A stretch of DNA of 64,000 nucleotides, from positions 13,764,001-13,828,000 of the forward strand of contig OX597831.1 in NCBI GenBank assembly GCA_951406725.2. Direction: 5' to 3'. The translations under genes were made by a program, and so were the position numbers. Each line of letters begins with the position of its first letter. The stretch's first letter is position 1. The notes beneath the pieces were generated by a model. It ran no database searches. It was not told where the DNA came from and was given only the letters and a program-made list of their open reading frames with translations. This DNA is from Octopus vulgaris (lineage: Eukaryota). Shown here in pieces: positions 14,915 through 35,146 of the stretch.

Positions 14915-15012
14915 GGTAGATTTTCGTGTTCCAGCAACGCCTGCCCAAGTGATGGACACTTCCATGAAAGTGTGTCGCATATAGTTCGATGTAACAGCTG
15001 TATATTTACACG

Positions 15013-15022
15013 TATTTATATA
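15013..15022 (-). promoter_or_regulatory. Candidate TATA box of G1
   Basis: TATATAAATA about 100 nt upstream of the ATG, retained in the G2 copy; low specificity in AT-rich DNA. Confidence 0.4.
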
Positions 15023-15395
15023 TAAATTTATATGTGAATATATACATAGATCAGTATATATACATAGATCAGCATATCTGAACGGTATGATTGTTTATTA
15101 TTTTTATATAAAGTCATAAATAACCAGTGAAGTATTCAGTATGATAAAAAGTTTCATTTAATCAATGGAAATCCTTATATGACAACAATTGTTTCACAGC
15201 TTAATAAGACATGCGTAGGTAATTTATTTTATTATATCTTATAACAAGTAAATTGTTTATTGACATGTCTGCCCTAATATATTGAAAATAATGCAAACAT
15301 TGAGAGATATCATCTGGTTCGAAAAAGTCCATGCTAAGAAATAATCTCTTTTAATAATGCAAGCAACATATTATATATGTGTGTGAATACCCCCC

Positions 15396-15437
<42 letters not shown>

Positions 15438-15540
15438 ATATGTATGTATGCATATATAAACAAATTAATAAATAAAACATATGCATATATACATACATAT
15501 ATTACGTACCTACAACTACATGTATATATACATGCATATA

Positions 15541-17020
15541 TGGGTACAGGACACCAAAAAAACGTCGAACACAATGAGAAACGAAGGCATAAACACAAAA
15601 CCAAGGAACTGGACATTTTTCTTAAACAACGACAAAATAGAGAACAGGACAAATAACACAAGGAAAATTCCCCTTCTTCAGTCGCCATGATTTCATCTAC
15701 TCCGCGTTTCGAAGGTGAAGGCGAGACGCGACTTAAGCTGAAACATTCCTTCCCGCGAAAAGCAAATTAAATAAAATTTGAGATTTTTTGCGGAGGGGTA
15801 AAAATGGTAACAAAAAACAGGACAGTAACGACAGTACAAAATATAAACAGTAAAAGGCAGGACAAGGAGAATAACAGTGACACAGACAAGATGGGCTGTT
15901 AAGCCAATCGAGATAAAATATTACGAACGCTATTTTTAAGAACGGCGAAGGAGCCACAGAAAATGCCGTCTACACTCGGGTGAAGCAAGGTCAGAAAAGA
16001 CAGCAGTTTCCTCATCGCTGACCAGCGACGGGACAGGGGAGGAGGAGTAAGAGAAAGGGAAGGGCAGAGAATAAAGAAGAATGGTTGTAGAGAAAACGGG
16101 TAGAGATTTTTCCTTTCTCTGTTTGAAGTTAGGGTACTCCCAATATTGTATCGCTGGTGGCTTACAAAGTTAGGGTTAGGGCCTGTATTCTTTTTTTGGT
16201 AGGGGTGATGGTCCGATCTTTAGACAGGTGTGAATCAGTGTTTGAGTATTGTTTCGATTTTCTTATTTTCATGAGAGTGTTGTTGGAAGCGTGCTCTGTT
16301 TGAAAGATGGCTTCATAGTTTGAGAACCAAGTGGCGCTTTTCTTCTAGCGTTGGAGAGATTTCAGTTCTTCTTTATCACAGTCCTCATTCCATAGTGTGG
16401 AGATCTTCTCCAGATCGGGGCCTTGGGTCATTTTGCTAATTTCTTGGTCGATCTCTTCATTGGTAGATTTTACTTTATCTTCATTCGTTTGGACCCTCAA
16501 TTTTAGAAGTTCCATTTTCATTTTTTCCAGTGTTATTCTCTCCCTGAGGCGTCTTTGTGTTTCAGGTTCATCTGTGATGACTTTGATCTGGAATTTATGT
16601 TGGAGAGTTAACGGTGTCCGGTTGAGCCATTTTTCGTATATATCCGATTTGTTGTTGTTTTGGATCATCTTTCAAAAAGCGAACTTTCTATCTCTGAGTG
16701 ATTTGTTCCATTGTGGTATTATGTGGTGTTTCATTTGGTATGTTGTGAGAGTATTGATCCCATATTCTGTCTCGCTTGGAGGTTCTTGATTTGCGTTCTT
16801 AGTGAAAAATGTTCTAATTGTTTCGCATAATTTTCTAATGTTTTCGACGATTTCGGACGTTGTACTTTTCGTATCGGTTTGCTCATTGTTCTCTCGATTG
16901 CGTTGATGTGTCGAGTCGAAACTGTTCAAAAATGTTAACAGATTTGTGGTGATCTTCTTGAGTTCTTTCAGTATTTCTTCATTTATGGAAGTGAATGTGT
17001 CCGTTTTCGTCGTTTTTATA
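15541..17020 (-). mobile_element. Penelope-like retroelement fragment (N-terminal ORF plus pLTR-like segment)
   Basis: ORFs 16672..17049 and 16345..16668 are one frame split by a single stop (IPQWNKSLRDRKFAF*KMIQN..IYEKWL). A CGAAAC/CTGAAGA hammerhead-like remnant lies near 15670-15715. Absent from the duplicate copy at 26.4-26.9 kb. Confidence 0.6.
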
Positions 17021-17371
17021 TATATATATATGTATATATATACGTACATTCATGTGGATAATGTGTCAATTCACTGCAGCTGTTTCCAACGAATTTTTAA
17101 TTGATTAATGAGACATTAATGTCTCCATTAATCAATTAGTAATATTATGGTCTGTATGTTTAATAAAATGTGCGTTTCTTGATTAGCCCAAGGGTTAGTT
17201 ATATACTCAGTCGGGTTCAATTAACTGTATACATAACCTGAACATCTGTCTGCCTCTACTTTCGTATGTGCATATGCATTCGCCGATCTTTGTCGTGTGA
17301 GCATTGTAAGTTTGACCTGACCCAGTGCTTCATCATTTAAGTACGTGGTTCACTTGAATGCTGATCTTTTG

Positions 17372-17411
<40 letters not shown>

Positions 17412-17450
17412 CAGAGAGAGAGGGGAGAGAGATATACATACATACATGTA

Positions 17451-17499
<49 letters not shown>

Positions 17500-17567
17500 T
17501 TTATTTAAAAGCAGCAGAAAATTCAACAAAACCTGTTACTCTGAGTTTCACGTTCCCGTTCGTCTGA

Positions 17568-17641
<74 letters not shown>

Positions 17642-18307
17642 AAGAGAGAGAGAGAGAGAGATAGGGGGAGCTAAATAGACAGATAGATAAAGGGATAGCT
17701 ATATTTATATACATTCATAAAAAGCAAATCACCATAGACGTCGTTGTAAAGAAGCGGTGTTTGATTAATTACTTTCACTTTTGTGAGTTTTTTTTCGAAA
17801 CACCTAATTATTTGCTAATGTATTATGTAAATCTGCTTTATTTTAAAGATGTTTAATCTCATCAATAACTTCCAGTTTAAGAAGTTGTTTCAAATACACT
17901 CTCACAAATACACACACACACATAAACACGGACATGTATACATAACCTATATATGTAAATTGACTTCATATGAGACTGCTGACATTGCGATGTGCAAGAC
18001 GTTTTCTTCCCTTTTTTATCGCACAAACAGTTAAACTCTATTTAACTTCATTTTATGAAGCGTCAAAATTACTTTCGTACAAAATTGGCTTTATCAATGA
18101 CACAATTTCTCTACATTGGAAAAATTAAATCAGACACAGTTTTTACAGCAGCAGATATTATTTTTATTTATAAATGTATGCGTTGGCTATAATGTTACTC
18201 CACAACTCTTTATTAATGTTATACAACAGCATAAATTTGTTTTTGCACATAAATATAAATGCATATGTGTGTATGTTATATGTATAAATATATATATACA
18301 TACATAT

Positions 18308-18361
<54 letters not shown>

Positions 18362-18477
18362 CATATATAATCAATAATAATAAAGGGTAAAATTAATTAA
18401 TTAACTAGTAATCAATAATTTCGCCAAGTAGAATGCGGCATGAAAAAGGACCACTTTTCGGTAAACTTAAACAATAT

Positions 18478-18605
18478 TTTATAATTACGAGTATAATTAT
18501 AATTAATGTTCAGCAAAGATTTGCTTTTCCGTATATATATATATATATATATATATAAATGGAAAAGCAAATCTTTGCTGAACCTTACTTATAATTATAC
18601 TCGTA

Positions 18606-18614
<9 letters not shown>
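18478..18614. repeat. Inverted repeat (~50-bp arms) around a (TA)n loop
   Basis: ataattacgagtataattat...ttcagcaaagatttgcttttcc vs ggaaaagcaaatctttgctgaa...ataattatactcgtaattat. Confidence 0.8.
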
Positions 18615-18650
<36 letters not shown>

Positions 18651-18970
18651 GTGTGTGTGTGTGTGTGTGTATGTGTGTGTGTGTATTTGGTTTCCTTATA
18701 TTGTTCGCAATTGCAGCTTCAATTTCGATTTTGAGATAGGGACATGATCTGTTAAGAGATTGAAAATCAAATTATCATTGTGAATCAGAATCGAAGACAA
18801 TTGGTGTCGCTTTGTGAATGGCGATTTATTGTGGATTATTCCGTCATCGTTTTCGATGGGAAGTCAACAGCTACCAATGATAATGTATGATAACCTGACT
18901 GTGATATTAATATTTGTATGACTATAAGCTGTAGCTATCTCTCTACCTATCTTACCTACAAATCTATCTA

Positions 18971-19050
<80 letters not shown>

Positions 19051-19609
19051 CCCACCAATCTATCTATCTATCTACCTACCTACTTACCTACAAATCTATC
19101 TATTTGTCTGTCTATGTATTACTTTTCATTGATACTAGTCGGTACTCGCTGCTATCCTACCGCGTAACGACCTAGCAAAGATGAAATGAATCCTTCATCT
19201 AAGGCCGGTTCAAATGCAAGCAGAGTTTTCCATGAAATAAATTTTAATTCTGTCTTTCACACTCTCTCACACTGTATTTCTTTCTCAACAACAAGAACAC
19301 CAACTACAAAAACAACAATCTGTCATTATAGTGAAAAAGTTTTTAATGTCTGTGCTGTGTTGTTTATATGTTGAAAAACACAGAAACACTCAGACACACA
19401 CACACGCTTACACACACATACACAGTCATACACGCCCAAATAATCAAAATGATACGTATTTGTATCATAAATATACATACAAGTCTGTATATATTTCATG
19501 TTTGCGTTGCGTTGTGTCGACAGACTTGTACTAACAATTCACACGTTTTAATCAAAATTTGTTAGTATTGTTTCAACACTACCTATCTCCGTCCCTATCT
19601 ACCTACCTA

Positions 19610-20112
<503 letters not shown>

Positions 20113-20725
20113 CACAGTCCTTCTCTCGATCTATCTCTTACTCTATTTCTGTGTCTTACTGTAATTTTCTCTCAGTAACAACTTCTTCCTCCACTTCTTC
20201 TGAAATGACGCTATGACAAGGGTTAACTTCCCTTTTGATTTCGCTCCCTATTTCATCCCTCTGCTAGTTGTTGTGACGTACAGACAGACGGAGATCAACC
20301 CTTTCCTAATATGAGATTACCAAATAATTTTGTAATATTTAGATTTTTGACAGTCGTAATCCATGACGTAACATAACCAATGAATTTGTGTATGACAATG
20401 ATATATGTATGTGTGTATGTCTGAGTGCGTGAGTCTACTAATATTGCTTTTTCACTTTTTTGTATTGCAAGTTGTATCGGGATTAGGAGTAATAATATAG
20501 CTAGATCGTTGTGTTGCCGAAATCGCACGGAAAGTACGTAACTTGTTAGTGAAGATAGTTCTTATATCTTTGTTTAGCCATTGCTATAACGTTTAAGTAT
20601 TATGTGCATGATGTAAGCAAGCTCGTTGAAGGAAACTATATTTATATAATGCCCACGCATAACAATGCTATCTAAATAAGGATTTTCTTCTCTTTCAATA
20701 ATGCTTCCTAAAGTATTAATTTAAT

Positions 20726-21823
20726 ACGAGATCTGTCCAAAACCTGATGATTGTATTCGAATAGGGCGTCAATCAACTGCTGTCGGTCGATGACAGCCAC
20801 CTTTCCCTATATGATTAATCTTGGCTATCAATTAAATAAATAGCTTCTTCACAATTCGCTTGTAAGTCTACGCTAGAATTGCTAGAGTGAATGCATATTG
20901 ATTCCACCTTTAGGTTTGTTACAGGTTGCTGAATCAAAATATGAATAAGCAACGCGTTTGAGTGAAATTCTGTTTCAAACTGAGAAACGCTTTTATGGAC
21001 TCCTTCTTTGTAATTTTGCTTGACGTCTAAAGGGAAAATTCATTGAGTCGCACAGTATCACAAATGGTACCATTATTTCAAATTGAGAAGCATATCTATC
21101 ACAGTAAATCTTAATTCGGACGAAATTCCTTGATAAGGACGATGGTGATATTGAGAAATTGCGTGCATTTTATTCTGAAAGGTGTTGCTTGACTGCTCAT
21201 CATGTTTCCGGAAAACAGGCATTAGTACAAGGTTAATTTTAAAACAAACTTTGTAGATCCATCGAATTACCACAGTCTGACAAACAAATGTTCAATTGTG
21301 TGAATGCTGATGATAATGTCACAACAGGTGGTGAGAGGGTGCTTGTAAAGTTAAAATATCGGAACAGTGGCTAAGACATGAGAAACTACGACTTACCCAG
21401 ACACAAAATGTAAAACATCTAAGATTTAGTTTAATGGAAAATTGTTTGATATCAATTCCGATCGAGTTATTAGTCACGCATTTCCTTCACGTAGCGAGAT
21501 AACAAATAACATAGATATTATTGAGATGTTCTGGAGTGTTGGTGATACATTGTGTAAAAGACAATTCTGTTAGACTCCAGACTTGGGTGCTGTCGATCAT
21601 TTATGTTCTTAAAACTTAAATCCGCTTTTGAAAGGTCCCACATTTCAGACGATAGAAATGAAAATCGCTCTATGAACTGAAATCGAGTTCCCGGGGGTGT
21701 GACACACCGGGCAAAAACGGTGGTATGCGTGTTTTAAAAGTGGATAGATAAGTTTGATAAAATTATGAATGTAGCAAATAACTATGTTTTTCAAAGTCTG
21801 GTTGCTTCTTGGACAAATCACGT
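20726..21823 (+). mobile_element. Decayed mariner element
   Basis: Ends tacgagatctgtccaa / ttggacaaatcacgta. Remnants of QRV.VKFCFKL (HTH), YDPETK-like and SPDL..D..F.KLK motifs. Confidence 0.75.
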
Positions 21824-22030
21824 AAAAATGTTAATATAATGATATTCCTGAGATAATATTATTTAATATTAACGAAATGGTACGGCCACAGTTTCAGATT
21901 ACATGTATGTGTTCAACTGAAAACTATGACACATAATACATTGTGAATGTAACCAAATAGAATGTAACCAAATAGAAATTGATTATATTTTTACACACAT
22001 CACATCAAATATATTCTTTTCGGGTGATTT

Positions 22031-27025
<4,995 letters not shown>

Positions 27026-27287
27026 AACAATGTAAAAAAAACATCATTTATATAGACGGAAAATTCATATGTGCATGCATAAGTTATTGTGTGCATGTGT
27101 GAAGTGCTTATAATGAAAGTCCGCCGCTGAAATTCGCATTTAAAATACAACATTATGTTTTAATGTTTTCAAACAGAACATAAATATAATTTTAAACGCC
27201 ATACTGATCATTAAAAACGTCACAATAAAATAGTACACGTAGAAATATATAACAGTTTTGAATGCAAGCATTTATTGCGTGTTTGAA

Positions 27288-27297
27288 TATATATAAG
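27288..27297 (+). promoter_or_regulatory. Candidate TATA box of G3
   Basis: TATATATAAG about 48 nt upstream of ATG 27345. Confidence 0.45.
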
Positions 27298-27344
27298 AAC
27301 GTAGGTGACCATTACGCTACTTTCATAGAAGCCGAATATATACA

Positions 27345-27607
27345 ATGAAATATATTTTCTGCCTCTCTCTTTTCATTGTCGGTAAGCAATGAAAGTTTGT
27401 TTTTAGAACTTTTAGTAGTTATCTGTGCATAGTTTGTGTATAAGATTAGATTTATCTTTTTGTGTTCGCTGTCACTTACCCTATCTCTCTCTATCTCTCT
27501 CTCTCTCTCGCTTTATCTATCTATCTATCTATCGATCGATCGATCTATCTGTTTATCTGTCTATCTATCTATTTATCTATCTGTCCATCCATCCATCCAT
27601 ATGTCTA

Positions 27608-27674
<67 letters not shown>

Positions 27675-28103
27675 ATATATATATATATATATATATCAAT
27701 CTATCTGTCTACATTTACACACACATATACAAACTTATATACGTATACTTATATGCATAGATACATACACATATATGTAGATAGGTATATAGAGATTTGG
27801 ATATACACACATAGTGATATGTATGTGTGAGAGGGTATATGCATATATGTATGGATACAGAGTAGAATACGCGCTTCGGGGTCTCTTTTATAATTTATAT
27901 CACAACGCAATTCTCAGAACCGAATGACAAAGACCTTATGAAATAAGAAGGTTCATGAAAATTATACACCAAGAAAACAATACACACACGCACACGTACA
28001 TGCATACATATATACATACATGCATACATACATACATACATACATACATACATACATGCACACACGTACATACATACATACATACATACATACATACATG
28101 TTG

Positions 28104-28134
<31 letters not shown>

Positions 28135-29543
28135 CATACATACATACATACATACACACATAAGGACGCTACCTATGGATAACTGCTTCGAAACCTCCTG
28201 TTTCTGTATCCAAACTGTAATATAAATTGACATTTATATCAAAATCATTGTTGCATATGGTAATCTGGATAAGCCAGGGTTTTGAGGAAAATACATCAGA
28301 CAGCTCGTACATTACAAATAAAGTCTGTGAGTGAAACAGCAAACATATGCAAGGCTTGTCTCAAGTTTAAAATGTGTCATCGTTTTTGTTATTTACATTT
28401 CAACGACGGAGCGCCTTGTCTTCGTTACAAAATAACTCCTTCCTTAGAGAAAGAATTGAGATAATTAAAGGTAAAAGCCAACAAAGGGATACACAGATAT
28501 ATGATTGTGGCAGACGTTTGCATGATGTTATCATTACTGCCGAATACAATCTCAAGTAGGGACATTCTACTGTTAAAGATACAAGATCCTTCACCCGATT
28601 ACATACATACATACATACATACGTACGTACGTACATACATACATACATACATACGTACGTACATGCAAGCATAGACACCAACTGACAAACACAAACATAT
28701 ACATACACAAATGCGTGAGCACGTGCGCACGTGCGCACACATGCACACACACATTTTGGAATAAATGTTTTGTTACGCGTGAATGCATTCGTTGTTCGCC
28801 TGTCCTTAAAATAATTTATCCGATTCCACGTGTGTTTGTAAAGTTGAACGATGAAAGCTCTTACACCCAATGCAAAGCTTCGTTCTGCAAGCTTTGAGTC
28901 ATTTAGATGTTCAAACAATTGGCATAAATCCTTAATAATTTGTCTTTTACTAAATTTCTTATTGGCTTGGTATTTCACATGAGCGCACACACACAAAAAT
29001 ACGCACACGGACACATATATTTGCATATATACATATATATATAGACAGATATATTTATCTTACCATCTTCGGATTCTTTGACTGAACTTAAATGAGGCTT
29101 TTGATAGTCTTGGCACACGTGAATCACTGATATTCGGAATATAAATGGCCGTTTATTTGTTGTTGTTCTATAAGTACATAATTCTCTGAGAAATGAAACG
29201 CAATTCATGCCATAACATAAAAGAGTGACTTAGTTTACCTTTCAACGTAAACCATGTACAAATATTAGGAATGTAAGATGCCAAATATGTTTAAGAAAAA
29301 ATTTCCAGAATATTAAAGTGAATTATTTAACATATTTTTTCTCACGTGTGTTGTTTGAAATCTTTCAATATATTCTGTATACTTATTGTATGGCAACATC
29401 ATTCCAGTAATCAAATAAAGTATGATGAACTTTTAGTATGCTATAAAGGCTCATTCAAATATATTTTGTAAATTGATCAAATTTTACGAGTCATTGATTT
29501 TAAATCATTTTCTTAGATTTTCGTGGGAGTGGGGTTTCTCTCT

Positions 29544-29575
<32 letters not shown>

Positions 29576-32500
29576 CTTGGTATTTACTATTTATATATGA
29601 CGGATGAATTTTCATATAGCGAGGTATCCATCTTGAATGCAACATAATAGTTAATGAAATATACAAGAAGTTTAGTAACATGAATAAAATTACAAACAAT
29701 TACCTCATTCCGCACATTATTATCTCTTCCTGGCGCATCATAACTATATATGGACAACAGACATACTCCCTTATTAGATTCTGTCTCCACGACAAACTTA
29801 CACAATAAAGACATAATAGTATAACAGAAGAATACACTCCTAATTCGCAACACGTACCTTTACATTGGACATCCTCGAGGCACCACAATTATAAAGTTTT
29901 TACCTGTTATAATCATAGAATATACACTCAAATCATATCAGTTTAATTTACCATTTAACATATTCAATTTTCTATAATAGTACTAAAAGCAATATTACAA
30001 TAATTATAAACTTTTAAAATATCTAACCAAACAAGTGTATCACATAAAAAAAATTTCTTCCTACTAACAGTATCATTATAAGAAAACTTCTCATCAGTGA
30101 TAACATTCACATTCATATGATAGTCTCCAAATGTTAACATAGTTTTAGGCAAGAATTCATATTAGAAATTTACTATTTTTAAATCTCACAATGAGAGATA
30201 TTCAGCAACAGTGCTTTTTAGTAAAGATTGTTTGCCAACATAACATGTCATTCCTGGTTTAGGACGAATGTTGCTGTAATTTAGCTGCAAGAGACATCGT
30301 CTCCAGCTGGCCATACGCCAAGATCTAGGACTAAATTACAGCAACATTCGTCCGAAACCAGGACTGCCATGTTATGTTGGAAAACAATCTTTACTACAGG
30401 AATTCATATTGTAATTAAGATGTTTTAAATTATATTCTTTGAATATTGCAAGAATGTCGAAGAACTTAAAATTTAAAATGTGCAGGTGTTGCGACGAAAG
30501 TGAAATGTAGATCAAGTGTCATTTGTCCAGATTCCTGGACAAAATACCCACCTTTGACTCCTGATAAGTATTACTGCAGGTACGTTTCTCTTAATCGTGG
30601 ATATTATTAAACATTTCCCATCTAATATTTGCATATTAATTGATTTTAATAAGCAGGCAATTCATCAAATTTGATTAGTAGAATATTTTATATTGGCGCG
30701 ATGTCTACAAAATTTTAGAAGGATTGTAGTCAATTAAAGACAAATATTTATGTGCTGCATATTATATAGAACGGCCTAAAGGTAAATATACGCATTATGA
30801 TATTATAATTTAAAAGCAAAATAGATCACAAAGCATAATGTTCTGTTCTTTACCGATAATATCACCTTGCGCTAGTTTCATATTATTAAATATAAAAATA
30901 TGTTTCTAACATAAGCGTAGGAGTGTCTGTGTGGTAAGTAGCTTGCTTACCAACCACATGGTCCCGGGTTGAATCCCACTGCATGGTACCTTAGGCAAGT
31001 GTCTTCTACTATAGCCCCGGGCCGACCAAAGCCTTGTGAGTGTAATTGGTAGACGGAAACTGAAAGAAGCCCGTCAAATATATGTATGTGTGTGTGTGTG
31101 TGTATGTTTGTATTTGTCCCAACACCATCGCTTGAGAACCGATGCTGGTGTGTTTACGTCCCCGTAACTTAGTGGTTTGGCAAAAGAGACCGATAGAATA
31201 AGTACTGGGCTTACAATGAATAAGTCCTCGAATCGATTTGTTCGACTACAGGCGGTGCCCCAGCATGGCCGCAGCCAAATGAATAAAAGAATAGATACAT
31301 GTATAATGAAATTTGATATAAATTTCGATCAGTGCAATTATATTTAATTTCTGACGTATGAGAAACATCTAAAACTAAGAAGTGATTGGCTGCCACAATG
31401 CAAAAACTGCAAAATACTACCATATAAATTTAAGTAGTCTTAAATGGTGCTTATTTAATCAAACACTGCATATTCTAAGCATGAAATAATAGTCCTGCCA
31501 CCAAAAGATTACTCGCATTGAAATCAGCTGGTAAAAGTTGATCAAATTTTACCAGACGATTTCAAATATTACAAAGAAATAATCCCATCACAAATAATTT
31601 CTTCTCAAAATCGATCATTGCATGTTACCATTGTGTCCGAATTTCACTATTGTGTGTATTGCTTATATTATTTGCTATATTTTAATAAGCTATAATAGTT
31701 TAACTAATAGGCATAATTTTCGAAAAATAAGCATCTGACAACGTTTCGACCTCTTTAGCTATAAAAAGAGGTGCCTACATCAGTGTAGCTTCGGTCACAC
31801 GCAAGTAGCGAGAAGCGAAAGACGCGCGTCACAAGGTCATGTAGCGCAGGGGTTAAAACGTGTCCCTTTAATATTTCTGTTGTGTGAACGACCCCAGACG
31901 ATGAGGTAGGCTAGCTCAATACGTAGATATAGAGGGAGAAGTCTAGCCTTCGTCAGAGACTAGAGCCGAGTAGAGTAGTTGAGAGCAGAGTAGAGTTGTG
32001 TAGCAGTCGGTAGAGTTGAGTAGTAGAGGTCATCCGAACCTGCGACATAACAATTTCACTTAATTCTTCATGCTTTTTTCAATGTATATATGCTTCGTAT
32101 ATTATTTTAATGTATCATATGTTACTTTCCGATATTTCTTTAATGATGTGAATACGTTTAGATGGTAAAACCCATACATGATGTTAAAAAAACGTCCCCC
32201 CCACCCCACCTTTCCGTTTCCTACAAAATCTGCAACAAGCCCGGATAGCCTTTATTATCTTTGGGTCGGGTATATGACTCATACATAACAGAGGAATATT
32301 ACCAAACTTTTCGAAATATCTTGCTATGACCATTTTGGCGTTAAAATAGGAGGCCAATATAAGATGTTGGCTCCTCAATAGGCCTGCTTAGTTCGTGTTG
32401 AATAAGTAAAACAATGGACAAAATGTGTTTAGCAATCTTTCCGTTCTGGGGTTCTAGTTATATGGAGAGAGCCTTGTAAAATAAGCATTGAAGTCCATTT

Positions 32501-33340
32501 CGTAAATGCTCACTGGAATTTCTTCCTGGAAATTAAGGTGAATGGGTACGAGGATAAGTTTCCAGCAAGACATAAGGGATATAAAAAGGAGATAGCAGGG
32601 AAGAGGGAATGTCAATAAAATGGCCGACCACTGGCATACGTTGAATTGCGAGTGTCCATTAATTCTCAGAAGAGAAAATGTTCCAGACGTTGCTAACAAA
32701 TGAAAAAAGAAGAGATTTTGAGGCATTGAAGTTTTGATAAAGGAATGGAACACTTGTAGACATCTATTTCCTCACCTCTCAATCGCATTTGTTCGTTTTA
32801 TTTTACTAAATTAAGTACCAAATTTATTTTATTAGTTTCATTTTATCTTACCTCATGTAGATTTACCTACAAATTATTTTATATATTACCATTAAATTGT
32901 GAGTAAACTTTTGGTATTAGGAAAGTGTTAATTTTGATATTTCGAATTAACAACACACATATATAAATTAACATATATTTATCAAAACAATTTTCAAAAT
33001 TTCCGTTTCGTAGACTCGCGTAATGCTTAATAATAAGATTTGATTCATATATCAGAGCCAGTTTCTTCTAAACTACATTTTATAGATGCATGATGTTTTT
33101 TTATTGCAGACGGTTGAGCTCCATTAAAAATTGTACCTTGGATGCATTCCCGGACTGTTATTCTGTCTTCTTTAATCTTTATCAGGTGGATTGCTTTGGT
33201 AAGATATATGTGAATTTAATACCAGTAAATATGTAATAATCAAATTCTAACCGATATTTACATTAAATTATTTATATGACGATGTCATATCTCAATGATA
33301 TCTATTATCAAAAATTAACATTTTCAAAACATATAACCAT

Positions 33341-33399
<59 letters not shown>

Positions 33400-33784
33400 T
33401 ATTCTTGTATGGAGGCGCATTGGCCCAGTGGTTGGGGCAGCGGCGGTTTCGATTCCCAGGCCGGGTGTTGTGTGTGTTTATTCAGCGAAAACACCTAAAC
33501 CTCCACCAGCCACCGGCAGGGGGTAGTGACGACCCCTGTTGTACTCTTTCGCCCCAACTTTCTCTCACTCTTTCTTCCTGTTTCTTGAGTAACGCTGCGA
33601 TGGACTGGCGTCCCGTCCAGCTGGGGCGAAACACATACGCCACAGAAACCTAGCGAGGTTCATGGGCCCGGCTTGCCGGTTTCTGTGGGTTATGTGTTCC
33701 CCCCAGCTGGACGGGACGCCAGTCCATCACAGCGTTACCAAAGAAACAGGAAGAAAGAGTGAGAAAAAGTTGGGGCGAAAGAGT

Positions 33785-33826
<42 letters not shown>

Positions 33827-34183
33827 TGCGTGTGCGTGTGTGTACATCCAACCATCCATACATATGGATGCCTTGTGAACATTGAAAATGACGCTTCCAT
33901 GCAAGAATCGGCCTCATTAGTCAGCAGGGGCATAAACACGGACAGAGGTGGGAGGGAGAAACAGTCCACAAGGAGCCAAATAAATTATTGGATACACGAG
34001 GAAGCGCAACCTCTGGAATGTCATCTTCGCTGTATGTGGCCAAGTATTATCCTGACGGAAGAATACCTTCAGTCTTGAAACCAAAGATGGTCGTTTTTCT
34101 TCTAGCGCTGACTTAAGCCACTCAAGCTGCTCACAGTAGATTTCCTTTGTTATCATTTGGTTTGTATACATACACATACACAA

Positions 34184-34232
<49 letters not shown>

Positions 34233-34255
34233 CATATATGCATATATACATATTT

Positions 34256-34292
<37 letters not shown>

Positions 34293-35053
34293 CATACATA
34301 CATATTAAAATGCATAAGGCTATGTAAAGTGTGTATATTTTCCATTTTAATTCCTTATATATATATTACAATTCACCACGTGGGGATAATCGAAATTCCT
34401 CCTCTTCTCTTACTACATATATACATATATATACAGTAACCTCCACGCCATATCACGGTTCATCTATCGCGATATATTATTTAAGCTCACTTCGATTCGT
34501 ACGTGCTGTTGATTTACATTTATAATAATATATATATATACAAACTATAAAAATAATTTTAAATATATACAGTACAGTACTGTTTCTACTTTACGTATTT
34601 TCACCTATCGTGGTGGGTTCTTGAAAGTAACACTCGCGATATTAGAGGTATTACTGTATATACATACTAGCAGTATCGCCCGGCGTTGCTCGGGTTTGTA
34701 AGGGAAATAACTATATAAGCATTTTTAGAGAGTTACTTCCCTTATATAATAGCAAAAAATGCATTAAAAATGGAAAAAAATGATGGTAAATTTTTTTTTT
34801 AAATCGTAGACTCATCGTAGACATTTTTAGAGAGTTCCCTTATATAATAGCAAAAGAAATGCAATAAAAATGGAAAAAAACTATGGGAAATTATTTTTTA
34901 AATCGTAGACTCATCGTAGACGCGCGCTAATACCCAGAAGGGCTCGATATGAATCACGACTATAAGACACCTGCTTTTGGTTAAACTGCACCGCAAAATC
35001 TGGGAGTAGTTAGGAATCTAAATCGTAGGAGACAGACACCACACAACTTTTCT

Positions 35054-35146
<93 letters not shown>

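Larger units (their letters stand above)
14134..17225. repeat. Segmental duplication copy 1 (G1 promoter, exon 1 and start of intron 1), interrupted by a Penelope-like insertion
   Basis: 14134-15360 aligns with ~25300-26430 and 17059-17225 aligns with ~26861-27025, with only scattered differences. Confidence 0.92.
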
